The notes under the pieces are model-generated. The model made no database searches. It was not told where the DNA came from and saw nothing but the letters and a program-made list of their open reading frames with translations. The position numbers and the translations under genes were made by a program. From the human T2T-CHM13v2.0 reference genome, Homo sapiens: a stretch of DNA of 64,000 bases. Every line of letters begins with the position of its first letter. Positions within the stretch are counted from its first letter, which is position 1. Of the stretch, positions 29,665 to 52,110 are shown piece after piece. The stretch lies in the NCBI RefSeq assembly GCF_009914755.1, contig NC_060939.1, one strand, 5' to 3'.

Positions 29665-29849
29665 CAGCGTTCTCACAGTGTGGTCCCCAGACCAGCACCA
29701 TCAGCATCAGCTGGGAATCTCTGAGACATGAAGTTCTCAGGCTCCACCCCACACCTACTGAATCAGAAGCTCTGGAGTGGCGCCCAGCACTCTGGGCTTT
29801 AACAAACCCCTGGATACTGATGCTCACTAGAAGAGTTTGAGAATCACTG
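29665..29849 (+). mobile_element. MER5A (hAT-Charlie) inside an L2 remnant (~29550-30300)
   Basis: Termini CAGCGTTCTCA / TGAGAATCACTG; internal CCCCACACCTACTGAATCAGAA. Confidence 0.85.
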
Positions 29850-30549
29850 GCCAGAGGAGTTGGCAATACAACAAATACAAGCAAGCAATTATAATGCAGT
29901 GGGTAGAAGGAGCCACCAAAATGTCCATCACAAGGAACCACGAAAGCCTTAGAGGGTCACCTGCTCTGACCTACAGTGAAAGGCCCCCCTACCCCCACCT
30001 AAGCCGGGCTCTGAGAAATAGTTCACCAGGCAATGTGGGACAGTGAAGAACATCCTAGCAGTTGAGGAAAATAAAAGGTAAGGCCAGAAATAAAGAAAAC
30101 TATAATGTGCTCAGAAAACTTAGAGTCATTAGGAAGCTGGAGACATTACTATGAAGGTGTGGGCACGTGAAGAAATGAGAACAGAGATGGGACAGGGATC
30201 AGATCCTGAAAACCATCATACCTGGTGAGGAGTTTGTGTTGAGGATGTAACTGAGAAGGAGCTGCAGAAATGTTGGCCACTACCAGTGACATCCACGGTC
30301 ATCACAGCTCTGTTGATGACAGAACAGAACTCCCAAGCAGTGTCTTCTGGGAAACAGGAACATAATGAGTATATTACCTTTTTATTAAGTTGGAATATCT
30401 GAAACAGAAAAGTTATTTGTCACAAATGTCCAAAGCACATAGGAGTCACTCACCTGTCTGCCGTGGTGTGGATGTGCCAGCATGAATTTACAGTCAGCTG
30501 AGTGACAGGAGAAGGACCATTTTATAATCTCATAGCTTTGAATGGGGTG

Positions 30550-31694
<1,145 letters not shown>

Positions 31695-31880
31695 GGGTGA
31701 AATCCAGCTCAAAGCTGAGCTGATATTCTTACACTGCTCAAACACCAATGAGACTATGATGAAAATGATAGTGATTAACTCAAATAGATGCTTTAGTAAT
31801 CAATAAACATCCACTCTGCAGGAAGGCCCATCCATCGCCCCCTGAGCTAGAGACACTGTCCCCTTTGGATCCAGACATAA

Positions 31881-32141
<261 letters not shown>

Positions 32142-32838
32142 TGATCCACCCACCTCGGCCTCCCAAAGTGCTGGGATTACAGATGTGAGCCACCGCGCCT
32201 GGCCTGTCAAATTCATCTTAAAGCGCTTTTCCTTGCTGCTATAGACAGTTTAGAAGAAACGGAAACTCAGAAGCTTGCACTTGAGCAGCTGCTAAGAGAA
32301 ATTGTATAAAAATGAGATTTTGCCCTTAAATGCATTTGTATGGGGCATTTTCAGGTCAATTTCTGAATACTAAAAAGATCTAATCACTACATTGTGAATA
32401 AGATACAGTTATTTAAAAATCCCTGGAGCAGTCAAAGACTCAGACTGATGGTTAACCTTTCCTGAGAGTCAAGAAAATTAACCAACCAAGTTTAATTTAA
32501 TTTAGGGTTTTTCTTACTGACTTAATATTTATTTCTAGGCCACAAAGCCTCCCTCTCTGTGTAAAATCGGGCAAAAATTAATCACTTCTCCCACCGGACA
32601 GGTTATTTGCATTCTTTTCAACATTATTTTAAAATAGGAAATACATAGCGCCTGGCACAAAATGTGAAAGATACAAAAGAACATACAGAAAATAGCACAT
32701 CAGACTGGGCACTGTGGCTCACGCTTGTAATCCCAGCACTTTGGGAGGCCAAGACAGGCGGATCACTCAAGGTCAGGAGTTCAAGACCAGCCTGGCCAAC
32801 ATGGCTAAACCCTGTCTCTACTAAAAATACAAAAATTA

Positions 32839-33377
<539 letters not shown>

Positions 33378-33682
33378 TTACATGAGGCCAGGAGTTCAAG
33401 ACCAGTCTGGACAACATGGTGAAACCCTGTCTCTACTAAAAATACAAAAATTAGCTGGGCGTGGTGGTGCACACCTGTAATCCCAGCTACTCAGGTGGCT
33501 GAAGCAGGAGTATCAGTTGAACCCAAGAGGCAGAGGCAAGACTAAAAAAAAAAAAAAAAGATGCCAAGCGAGGTGGCTCATGCCGGTAATCCCAGCATTT
33601 TGAGAGGCCAAGGCAGGTGGATCACCTGAGGTGGGGAGTTTCAGACCAGCCTGACCAACATGGAGAAATCCCGTCTCTACTA

Positions 33683-33811
<129 letters not shown>

Positions 33812-34910
33812 CTACCTGGGCAACAAGAGCAAAACTCCATCTCAAAAAAAAACAAAAAAAGGTTAAAAAAATTGTTAAGATGGCCAATTGTATGTTATAT
33901 GTATTTTACTACAGCTTTTTAAAAATCAATTTCCTGTATACTTATTTATTCATTCATGCATTTGTTCAATCATTCAATAAAACTATATGTGCCAGAATCA
34001 CACAGAGATTTATGTAAAGACTTATCTGTGGACTAAGAAAGACAAAAGGAAATTAAATAGGCAAAGAAATGACATGAGGACATTATAGGCATTAAGTTCA
34101 GGATGTGGAAAACCAAAAAAGCTGAACCAGAGATAAGACGAAGTGAACAGAGACCAGAGGTAAAGACCTCAGGTACCCTGCTAAAGAAGAGATTCTATTC
34201 TCTAAGAAGCAAGAGCAACTAAAGATGTATGTAGCACACAGACCTCCTATCCTGTGTTTTAGGTGGGCTCTGGCTTCCACTTGGAAACTGGATTAGAGGG
34301 AGCCAGGTAGAAAGCCAGAAGGAGAGGAGACAGGAACCACAACCCTGGCAGGGCGATGACAGCCTCCATCACAGGTCGCAAACGCACATACCTACACAGG
34401 CTAGCCAAAGACATCTCCAAAGTACAACCACTCAGGCCTGTGGCAGTCTGAGATCTCTCACCTGGCCATAGTGGACATTTATTAGGGCTTCCAGAATATG
34501 AAGAGGAACCAGACACAGATCCATAGGTGAAAGGGGACTCACCATTGCCTCTTACACTGACCGCTGCCCAATTTTTGTCATGCTGGATAAAACATGAGGC
34601 AAACTGCCGGGCACGGTGGCTCACGCCTGTAATTCCAACACCTTGGGAGGCAGAGACAGGAGGATCTCCTGAGCCCAGGAGTTCAAGACCAGCCTGGGCA
34701 ACATGGGGAGACTCCGTCTCTATTTTTTTTTTTTAACAACAACAAAAAAGACATGAGGCATAGAGACTAAAGCAGAAAAGAAATCCTTCTCTCCTGCTTT
34801 CTTTCAAAGGGGGAACAAGTAACAGGGAGGCTACCTCAATTTTTACCTCTCCAGAAAAAGACAGGAAGCAGGACACAGGCTACTGTAAGTCAGGGCATAA
34901 TTCATTGCTC

Positions 34911-35390
<480 letters not shown>

Positions 35391-36387
35391 GGCCTGGTGG
35401 ATCACTGCTGTAATCCCATCACTTTGGGAGGCTGAGGCAGGCAGATGACTTGAGGTCAGGAGTTTGAGACCAGCCTGGGCAACGTGGTGAAACCCCTTCT
35501 CTACAAAAAATTAGCCGGGCATGGTAGCATGACCTGTAGTGCCAGCTACTCTGGAGGCTGAGGTGGGAGGATTGCTTGAGCCTGGGAGGTGGAGGTTGCA
35601 CTGCACTCCAACCTGGATGACAGAGGGAGACGCTGTCTCAAAAAAAAGGTTTAAAACCACTCCTCTTTATAATATAGTGTACATGCCACTTATGGCATGC
35701 TCCCTGATCTTCTACCCGACTTACCTGTTAAAACTAATGCTCAGGCTCCTTTGAATTTACTCTTGGTAAAAAAAAAATTGCCTGGCGGGGAGCAGTGGGG
35801 CATGCCTGTAAGCCCAACACTTTGGGAGGCCAAGGCAGGTGGATCACCTGAGGTCAGGAGTTCCAGACCAGCCTGGCCAACATGATGAAACCCTGTCTGT
35901 ACTAAAAATACAAAAAAAAAAATTAGCTGGGCTTGGTGCCATGCACCTGTAATCCCAGCTACTCAGGAGGCTGAGGCAGGAGAACTGCTTAAACCGGGGA
36001 GGCAGAGATTGCGGCGAGCAGAGATCACGCCACTGCACTCTAGCCTGGGTGACAGAGTGAGACTCTGTCTCAAAAAAAAAAAATTGCCAAATTTATCTCC
36101 TCACCAAAAATTTAAAAATTTACTTGTGTGAACGTGTCACAAACACATAAAGCAAAGTACACCTGTCTCATGCATTTTATGTATATTCCATCTTATTTCA
36201 TAAAACCTTTGAGGTGGTTGGTGTACAGGTAATGAATGTTTACCTTAGATTTCAAATGCACTTTATGAAGACTGTTAAAATGTTTAATCTGTAGAAGATC
36301 CAGAAGTTTGTAGGGACTTGGAGACCAGAGCTTTCTAGTCCACAAAGTCAAAAAGCCTAGGAAACATACACCAAGAGAAACCATCTA

Positions 36388-36828
<441 letters not shown>

Positions 36829-36995
36829 CTATTTTTCTCCCTGTTTACAAAATATGTCGGCTGGGCATGGTGCCTCATGCCTGTAATCCCAGCACTCTGG
36901 GAGCCAGAGACAGGCAGATCACTTGAGGTCAGGAGTTTGAGACCAGCCCGGGCAACATGGCAAAACCCCCGTCTCCACTAAAAATACAAAAATTA

Positions 36996-37265
<270 letters not shown>

Positions 37266-37539
37266 TTAGGCAGGCATGGTGGCACACACCTGTAGTCCTA
37301 GCCACTCAGGAGGCTGAGTGGGGAGAACCGCTACAGGCTGGGAATTCGAGGTTACCATGAGCTATGATCATGCCACTGCACTCAAGCTCTGGGCAACGGT
37401 GACAGAGCAAGACTCTTTTAAAAAAAAAGAAAAAAACAGGTGGCTGGCTGGGCGCGGTGCCTCACGCCTGTAATCCCAGCATGTTGGAAGGCCGAGGCAG
37501 GCGGATCACGAGGTCAGGAGATCGAGACCATCCTGACTA

Positions 37540-39360
<1,821 letters not shown>

Positions 39361-39586
39361 GAGACGGTCTCCTGGAGTTGAATTCAGGTCTCCTCCTTAG
39401 ATGGTGACCATGGGAAAGCAGCTTACACTCCCTTTGCTGGCGTAACCAGCAGGTACTGCTGTAAACTTCCTGGTACAATACCTGAAACAAGGCAAACACT
39501 CAACAGATATCTTGCATATATTGATTCCCTTCTCTGCCAGTACAGTAACATCATTGAGAATGGACCCAGCAGTATAATAACATCAG

Positions 39587-39605
39587 TCACCACTAGATGG
39601 CAGTA
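39587..39605 (+). promoter_or_regulatory. CTCF core motif match
   Basis: CCACTAGATGGCAG at 39590-39603 fits the CCASYAGRKGGCRS consensus with no mismatch. Confidence 0.6.
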
Positions 39606-39724
39606 ATGGCACTAAGTAATTAGTTATTAAGATGTCCTTTTTAACAAAATGAAGTAGCTAAACAACTACAAAAAAAAGACTGGTCCCTCTTAGACCTAAG
39701 TATTATTTCTATTACCTAGCTTTT

Positions 39725-40140
39725 ACTCATTATTTCATTCAGCAAATATGTATTCAATGCCTACTATGTGTCAGGCACCACAGCAGGCAGTTAGGATACT
39801 AGGCTCAGCCAAGGAAGACACAGTACCTGCGCACACAGACCTTAAGGGGTAGGTAGGAAAACGGACAAAGAATCACACCAGTAAGATACCACAGCATAGT
39901 AAGTGCTGTGAGAGTACATAAGGAAGAAGCAGCCTGATGCGGGGAAAGGAAGGTGTCCCTGAGAAGCAGATGAGAAAAAGATGAAGGAGCCAAGATCCAA
40001 GGCAGATAGACGAGAGGTGAGGGGTGGAAACGGGGTCCCCAAGAAGAGCTTGCCAAAGGCTCAGGAGCAGGCTGGGGCCTGCTGCTGGAGGGACATGCAG
40101 AGGCCAGGGCTTGCACGCCTCAGGAGCCTTATTCAAGTCG
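39725..40140. mobile_element. L2 remnant
   Basis: TTCATTCAGCAAATATGTATTCAATGCCTACTATGTGTCAGGCAC is typical of an L2 terminus. Confidence 0.7.
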
Positions 40141-40754
40141 GGAAGTTTTGTCTTTTTTTTTTTTTTTTCTTAAAAAAAAAAAGGCCTGGCGCGGTGGCTT
40201 ACGCCTGTAATCCCAGCACTTTGGAAGGCTGAGTCAGGTGGATCACGACGTCAGGGGTTCAAGACCAGCCTGGCCAAGACGGTGAAACCCTGTCTCTACT
40301 AAAAATACAAAAAAATTAGCTGGGCGTGGTGGCAGGCACCTGTAATCCCAGCTACTCCGGAAGCTGTGGCAGAGAATTGCTTGAACCCAGGAGTCGGAGG
40401 TTGCAGTGAGCCGAGATCGTGCCACTGCACTCCAGTCTGTGCGACAGAGTGAGACTCCGTCTCAAAAAAAAAAAAAAGAGAGAGAGAGAGGCAGGCCAGG
40501 TGCGGTGGCTCACACCTGTAACCCCAACACTTTGGGAGGCCGAGGCAGGCAGATCACTGGAGGTCAGGAGCTTGAGACAACATGGTGAAACCCCATCTCT
40601 ACTAAAAATACAAAAATTAGGCCGAGTGTGGTGGCTCACACCTGTAATCCCAGCACTTTGGGAGACTGAGGCGGGTGGATCACTTGAGGTCAGGAGTTCA
40701 AGACCAGCCCAGCCAACATGGCAAAACCCTGTCTCTACTAAAAATACAAAATTA

Positions 40755-40898
<144 letters not shown>

Positions 40899-40901
40899 TC
40901 A

Positions 40902-41156
<255 letters not shown>

Positions 41157-41389
41157 CTAAGGCAGACTTTATCCAAAAGGGGCCACAGTGATAGGTGTAG
41201 GGACCACTGCCACAGGGTCTTGCAGTGGGGACGAGAGATTGGACTCAACCCTGACTTCAACAAAGACAAGGGGAGATTTATACCCAAGGAGCACGATCTC
41301 AGCTCACCACAACCTCTGCCTGCCAGGTTCAAGCAATTCTCCTGCCTCAGTCTCCCACACACCCAGGTAATTTTGTATTTTTAGTATAG

Positions 41390-41769
<380 letters not shown>

Positions 41770-42033
41770 TGATCCACCGGTCTCAGCCTCCCAAAGTGCT
41801 GGGATTACAGGCGTGAGCCGTTGCACCCAGCCCGAGACTCTTGTAATGTTTTAATAGGCTTCAAATGTTTCTAAATAAGAAATATTAGGGCATATAAAAA
41901 TAGAAATACCAGGCCAGGGGGCCGTGGCTCACGCCTATGACCCCAGCACTTTGGGAGGCCAAGGCGGGTGGATCACCTGAGGTCGGGAGATCGAGATCAG
42001 CCTAACCAACATGGAGAAACCACATCTTTACTA

Positions 42034-42192
<159 letters not shown>

Positions 42193-43421
42193 TCAAAAAA
42201 CAAAACAAACAAACAAAATAGAAATAACTAGTAAGGACAGCAGCAGGAGTGAATATTGATTAAGCAAGACTGGTGATTAGTTGAGAATCGTTAAAGTTGG
42301 GTGATGGGTACATGGAAGTTCATTACATTATTTTCCACTTTTGTATATTTCAGGGTTTGGGTTTTTTCATCACAAAAAGTTTTGTGTTTGTTTTATGGTT
42401 TTGGGGTTTTTTTAGTTAGCATCTTGCTCTATCACCCAGGCTGGAGTGCAGTAGTGCAAACATGGCTCACTGCAGCCCTGACCTCCTGGGCTCAAGTGAT
42501 CCTCCCTCCTCAGCCTCCCAAGTAGGTGGGGCTACAGGTGTGCACCACCACACCCAGCCAATTTTTTTTTTCATTTTTGGTAGACAGGGGGTCTTGCTAT
42601 GTTGCCCACGCTAGTCTCAAACCCCTGGGCTCAAGTGATCCTCCTGTCTCACCCTCCCAAAGTGCTGAGATTACAGGTGTGAGCCACCACACCCAGCATA
42701 TCGAGAAGTTTTTTCCATTTTTTGGGTTTTGGGGGAAGTTTTTTGTTGTATTTTGGTTTTTTTGTTTTTGTTTTTATTTTTGTTTTTGTTTTGAGACAGG
42801 ATCTCTGTTGCCCAGGCTTGGTCATCTCTCTACTTAGTGATCAGTGGGCATCTCTGTTGCCCAGGCTTGCAATGGTGTGATCATGGCTCACTGCAGACTG
42901 GATCTCCCAGGCTTAAGCAATCCAGTTTTTTGTTTCTTTGTTTTTTCGTTTTATTTGTTTATTTATTTATTTTTGAGACAGAGTCTAGTTCTGTCACCCA
43001 GTCTACAGTGCAGTGGCGTGATCTTGGCTCACTGCAACCTCTGCCTCCTAGGTTCAAGTGATTCTTCTGCCTCAGCCTCCCGAGTAGCTCGGACTATAGG
43101 CGCCCGCCACCACGCCCAGCTAATTTTTGTGTTTTTAGTAGAGACAGGGTTTCATATGTTGGCCAGGATGGTCTCAAACTCCTGACCTCAGGTGATCTTC
43201 CTGCCTCGGCCTCCCAAAATGCTGGGATTACAGGCATGAACCACCGTACCCGGCCCCAAACAGTTGTTTTAGTGAAGACGTTGCCTTAGTCTCTTCCCAC
43301 TTATAATATTTTCATTTGCCCTACTGCCCTCCAAGGTAGAAGATGCACTAAAATCCAGTTCCTCCCTAGGTTTACTGTAATATATAAGCTTCTAAAATTT
43401 TTTTCATCTTATAAAGGTTGA

Positions 43422-43701
<280 letters not shown>

Positions 43702-44341
43702 TGATCCACTCACCTCAGCCTCCCAAAATGCTGTGATTACAGGCGCGAACCACCACGCCCAGCCAATTCCTTGGATTTAAGAGCCGACAGCTGCGAGAAC
43801 TTCCCTTCTGGCAGGCAAACCAACTCCAAGGCATGAAAGCCACAGGAATGCTGGGGAGATAAATGCAGGAAGACACAGGTCCTACTCAATGGCACCATCA
43901 CCCTGCACTGCTGTGGCCAGGCCTCCAAGGTTCCCTGGCTCCTTCTTCCAGGCTGCTGAAGGGGACCCTGGAGCACCTTGGTTGAGAGGAGTCCCTGCCC
44001 CAGCTTTCGGGGCACAGGCCCCTACTGTCCTTTTCTGCCTTGTCTCTGGCCCTTCTCCCCTATCTTCCAGCCACACCAAACAACAGGCCACACCCTGCTG
44101 CACTCAGCTTTCTCCCACAGACGTGTTTTTGCCGTTTCTCATGCAGTAGCTCACTGCCTGGAATGGGCTTCCCAGCATTTCCCCTAGAAATTCCATTTGC
44201 TCTTCTGAATGCCTTATAAGGATCTCTTCTCCAGAAAATGTCCTTACTAATCCTATCAGTTGGGGTTACCTAGTCATCTCTCTACTTAGTGATCAGTGTT
44301 CAAATCCTGCTTCTCTATACCAGCTCTGTGAGGTTGAATGA

Positions 44342-44583
<242 letters not shown>

Positions 44584-44694
44584 TAGTTTTGCTATGTTGC
44601 CCATGCTGATCTCGAACTCTTGAGCTCAAAATTATCCACCCACCTTGGCCTCCCAGAGTGCTGGGATTACAGGCATGTGCCAACATGCCCGGCT

Positions 44695-45880
<1,186 letters not shown>

Positions 45881-45968
45881 TCCCCAAATCTACCAGGTTA
45901 AATGGAGGTAGATTTTTAAGCTTCCCAAGTAGCTGGGACTACAGGCATGCACCACTATGTCTGGCTAA

Positions 45969-46214
<246 letters not shown>

Positions 46215-46573
46215 TGAGTCACAGACAGTTCCCGTCAGAAAAGACTATGTCCCTCCCACCTCTCATTTAGTTCCCGTTTGTTTAGGATTCAAGTGTCTTG
46301 GGCAGTTAGATAGCTCCCCAGCCTACCCAGTTTCCCTCTTGCCTCCCCTCTACTACCCCCAGAAATGCTTGTGCAATATTGGACTGACTCACCCAGAAAT
46401 AACTCATGACTCTCCTTTGTTTACAGTTTAAGAGACTAGGGTGTTGAAATATCTCAGCAAAGGCCACTGAGGGACTCTTCAGTCCAGGGACAATGAAACA
46501 CTGGACAACCTGGGAGGAGTTAGGTACATTCTCTGGCCTTCTCTCAGAGGGGCTTTTGCTGTGTTGTAACAGG

Positions 46574-46767
46574 CAGTGGAGTGTTGGTAAATATTTAACA
46601 AGGCATCTCCAAGGGGAAAAGCCTTAATATGTAGTGTTTACCTATTCCTGTGGTGTAAATACCCCTGCTATGGCCAGTTTCAAGCTACCAACATGATGTC
46701 ATTGAAACCAAAGTTGGAAAGAAAAGTGCATCATCATTCTGAGCAGCTGACTCCAACACGCCACTGT
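46574..46767. mobile_element. MER63-like hAT MITE
   Basis: Inverted termini CAGTGGAGTGTTGG / CCAACACGCCACTG. Confidence 0.7.
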
Positions 46768-47090
46768 AGCTCCACTGACCTAAGGGAAAACTGTCAGTCT
46801 TCACTCCATAAGGATGTACAGGCCCAGGGGCTGGACAATGTAGCTCTTGGAAGATCACAATAGAGTCAGTTTCCTAATTTCAGGGACCAACTGTTACTGC
46901 TAAGAATAAATGGGAGGCCAGGTGCAGTGGCTCACACCTGTAATCCAAGCACTTTGGGAGGCCGAGGCAGGTAGATCACCTGAGGTCAGAGTTCGAGACC
47001 AGCCTGACCAACAGAGTGAAACCTCGTCTCTACTAAAAATACAAAAATTAGCCAGGCTTGGTGGCGTGCACCTGTAATCCCAGCTACTCA

Positions 47091-47231
<141 letters not shown>

Positions 47232-48408
47232 TCACAGATCTTTACAATCCCATCCAGCGATGAGGTTCTAGGTACAAAACAAACATTAACATCTTTCTCC
47301 TCTGGAATCGCTTGAACCAAGGAGACAGAGGTTGCAGTGAGCCAAGATCGTGCCACTGCACTCCAGCCTGGGAATCAGAGTAAGACTCCGCCTCAGGAAA
47401 AAAAGAAAAAGAAATCTTTTTCCTCTGAACTCTCATCAAACTTCTATTTCTACATCTCTTTTGATTTTTTTTATTTATCTAACAATGACTGTGCCAAGCA
47501 ATATTCCAAATAAGGTATATACCGTGACACAATCCAACCTCACAACAAGCCTACAGGCAAGTACTTTATGTATTTATTTATTTGTTTACTTATATATTTG
47601 TTGACACTGGGTCTCACTCTGTTGCCGAGGCTGGAGTGCAATGGCACCATCTGGGCTCACTGAAGCCTCGACCTCCTGGGCTCAAGCGATCCTCCCACCT
47701 CAGCACCCCCAGAGTAGCTGGGATTACAGGCACACGCTACCACACCCAGCTAATTTTTGTAATTTTAGTAGAGAGGGCATTTCACCTTGTTGCCCAGTCT
47801 GGTCTCGAACTCCTGGACTCAGGCGATCCACTGCTTCAGCCTCCCAAAGTGCTGGGATTACAGGAGTGAGCCACCAAGCCCAGCCTGGAACAAGCACTTT
47901 TTACAAATCTGTTTTACAAAGGAGCAAACTGAAGCGCTGAGAGGTTAAGTTACATGTCCAAAGTCACAAAGCCCTGAATTGCCTTTGCAATGCCCCTTAA
48001 AAAGTGGCAGAATAAATGCCCAACCCAAGAAGCTCTTCACATATTTGATTTAGATTCCACATAAAAATAAAAGCACTATGTATACATATTTACATATGGC
48101 ATATTTATGATCTACTTTATAGTTATTTTGTAGCTGTTAGTAATGAAAATAAGAACAATTTTATACATCATGTGCTATGGAGAGACCACTAGACATGGTC
48201 ATTGTTCAAAGGTCTAAACAGGAACTACATTTCTAAGAAATAGTTTATTTATTTTTTTTAGAGATGAGGTCTTACTATGTTGCCCAGGCTGGTCTTGACT
48301 CCTGAGCTCAAGCGATCCTCCTGCCTTGGCCTCCCAAAGTGTGGGGATTACAAGCATGAGCCATGGTGCCTGGCCCTAAGAAATAATTTAATATTTCATT
48401 ATTAATAA

Positions 48409-48810
<402 letters not shown>

Positions 48811-48829
48811 TAGTTCTAATACTGTTCTT

Positions 48830-48919
48830 AGTGTGTATGTATGTAGGTAGGCAGGTAGGTAGATCTTAGTGTGTATGTATGTAAGTAGGTAGGTAGATAG
48901 ATAGATAGATAGATAGATA
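48830..48919. repeat. Compound TATG/TAGG/GATA tetranucleotide repeat with an internal ~40-bp duplication
   Basis: TCTTAGTGTGTATGTATGTA(G/A)GTAGG occurs twice, followed by (GATA)n. Confidence 0.9.
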
Positions 48920-49084
48920 ATTTTTATTTTTTTTGAGACGGAGTCTCCCTCTGTTGCCCAGGCTGCAGTGCAGTGGCGCAATCTCGGCTCACTGCAACCT
49001 CTGCCTCCCGTTCAAGTGGTTCTCCTGCCTCAGCCTCCCGAGTAGCTGGGACTACAAGCATGCGCCACCATGCCTGGCTAATTT

Positions 49085-49118
<34 letters not shown>

Positions 49119-49442
49119 TATTTTTAGTAGAGAGGCGGTTTCACCACGTTAGCCAGGCTGGTCTGAAACTCCTGACCTCTGGCAATCCGCCCGCCTCAGC
49201 CTTCCGAAGTGCTGGGAGCCACGGTGCCCGGCCCTCACAGGCTTGAGCCACCGCACCCGGCCTTTAGAGTATATTTTAAAAATAGAGATAGGGGTCTATG
49301 TTGCCCACGCTGGTCTCAAACTCCTGAAATCAAGCGATCCTCCCACCTCGGCCTCTCAAAGCGCTGGAATTACAGGCTTGAGCCACTACGCCTAGCCCAG
49401 CATACTTTTCAACTGTTCAGTTTTACCTGGAACAAGTAATAG

Positions 49443-49889
<447 letters not shown>

Positions 49890-50859
49890 TAGCCAGGATG
49901 GTCTCGATCTCCTGACCTCGTAATCCGCCCGCCTCGGCCTCCCAAAGTGCTGGGATTACAGGCGTGAGCCACCGCGCGCGGCCTCGATCTCTTGATCTTG
50001 TGATCCGCCCGCTTCGGCCTCCCAAAGTGCTGGCATTACAAACGTGAGCCACCGCGCCCGGCCACAAGTTACTAAATCTTACCAAAAAAAAAAAAAATCC
50101 CAACTCAGTCACCCTAGCAACCTACATCCTTCTCTCCCCGGAGGTAAAACTATGTTAACACCTGAATATTCTTCCAGAGATATTTTATGCATACATGGTA
50201 CAAGCAAAAGGCACATACAATCGTATCATTTTACATAAATATTGGCACTCTAAATTCATGGAAAGTTTGAGCTACAGTTTCCTCTTCTATAAAAGAGTGG
50301 TAGGGAGGATTACATCACAGAATTATGCAAAATGCCATGGAATCAGCACTCAATAAAGACAAGTCTCCCTTTCCTTACCCTGAGAAGGGCTGTGAGGGAA
50401 AGGGGTCTTCAGTGTGCCTCGGAATCACCTTGCTGCCTAGTAATCACAGCTTCTCGGGCCCCACCCGCCACCGTCCTCAGAATTTCCCATTTAGAAGGTC
50501 CGGGATAGACTCCTAACACTGGCATTTCCAACGAGCTCCCCGACATTGGAGATGCTGCCTGGCTGGAGGACTATCTGAGAACCTCAATGTCTAGTGGAAA
50601 CTTACGTGCCCTCGATTCCAACCAGGCTCTACCCCATGAACAAATTACTCTTGCTGAGCGCCAGTGTGAGTAGAAAGAGCTTCCATATCAAAGGCTGCTA
50701 GGAGGATTACCTAAGATAACGCAGGCCTTGCTCAAGACAAACGTTCAGGAAATCAAAATCGGTTTGGAGATGAAATGGGAAAGACAAGAGCAGCTCCAAG
50801 GAGAGAAGAACGTCCAGAAAACCAAGAAATAGGACTGGTAAAGGGTGCTGACCAGGTCC

Positions 50860-52110
50860 CTGGAGCTGCACCCCGCCCCGTGCGCCTCCCCAGCCCCCCG
50901 GCCGCACCGTGCCCACCCCGCGCTCGTCGTCCCCCTCGCCCCCAGCGCCACCCTGCACTGCGGACCCGGGACCGCCTGGGAAACGCCCTGGTCTGACATG
51001 GCTTGGGGCTCTGGGCAGAAGCCAGGTCTGAAAACCAAGGTTGGGGCCTCATGTGTTAGTCTGGAAGCACCAAGCACCGCATACCAAAATACCTCGAGGC
51101 AACCGTATGGCTTTTTTTTTTTTAATTAAGTTGTTCCCGGGCGGTGGCTCACGCCCGTAATCCCAGCATGTTGGGAGGCTGAGGCGGGCGCGTCCCTTGA
51201 GCACGGAAGCTGAGGCTGCAGAAGGCTGTGGTCGCGCCACTGCACTCCGGCCTGGGGGACAGAGTGAGCCCCTGTCTCAAAAATATAAAACAAAATAAAA
51301 AATTAATAATTAAATTAAATGTGTGTAAACATGTAGGTGACCTTCTAGCCCTCGGTGAACCAGACTAAAAAACGCTCCCGCACTAGGCGTGGTGCCCGGA
51401 GCGGCCCCGCCCTCGGAGCACGCTTGTGCGCCAAGGCTGGTGGCGGAACGCGGACGTGCTGCAGGCAGGGAATGAAATGGCGGAGGAAGGCGGGGCAGGG
51501 CGCGGCCGGAGCTCCGCGGCCAGCCGCCAGGGGGCAGCCGCGCGTCTGCGTCCCGCGGGCGGCTAGAACCAGTCCTGCCGGAAGTTGGGGCGGTGCCTTC
51601 GCTTCCGCGGAGCCGTGCCACGTGGCCGGCCCGGAGGGACAGGGGAAAACAACAAGATGGCGGCAGCCGGGGGCGGGGTCAGCCCGGCGTCCCTGAGGCT
51701 GCGAGCCCCTTAAAGGGCCGCGTTCGAGGAGCCGGGCGAGATGAACTGAGTGGTTTTACCCAGCCGTGGGGGCTGTTCGACTGAACATGGGCCTGGGCGG
51801 GGACAACCGCGCCAAGCGGACGCGCCCTCCGCCTGGTCGGAGTTCATCGACCCAGGCCCTGCGGGGAATCCCGCGGCGCAGTTCCGCAAAGCTGCCAGCG
51901 TGCTTACCAGTCGGGGCCCGTTTCTTTTGTCTCTGCGTTTGCTGCTCCGTGCAAACAAGGAGGACAGAAAACTCTTTATCGTGGCGTTTTCTTCCTGAGC
52001 GAGAGATTAGGTTGCTGCAAATCCAACGAGGCGAGTCCTCTTGGATCGAATTAATGCATTGGCTCTTCCCTTCGCAACAGCTTTGATGACCGTTTCCCGC
52101 CTTTGTGCAA
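50860..52110. promoter_or_regulatory. CpG island with promoter-type motifs, possibly bidirectional
   Basis: High GC and CpG density. YY1 motifs AAATGGCGG (51475-51483) and CAAGATGGCGGC (51653-51664); ETS CCGGAAGT (51578-51585); palindromic E-box GCCACGTGGC (51617-51626); GC box GGGGCGGGGT (51670-51679). Confidence 0.85.

Noticed and set aside
49921-50062. Apparent tandem duplication of an Alu 5' end
   Set aside because: It is explained by an Alu (~49697-49983) inserted into another Alu, whose remainder resumes afterwards.
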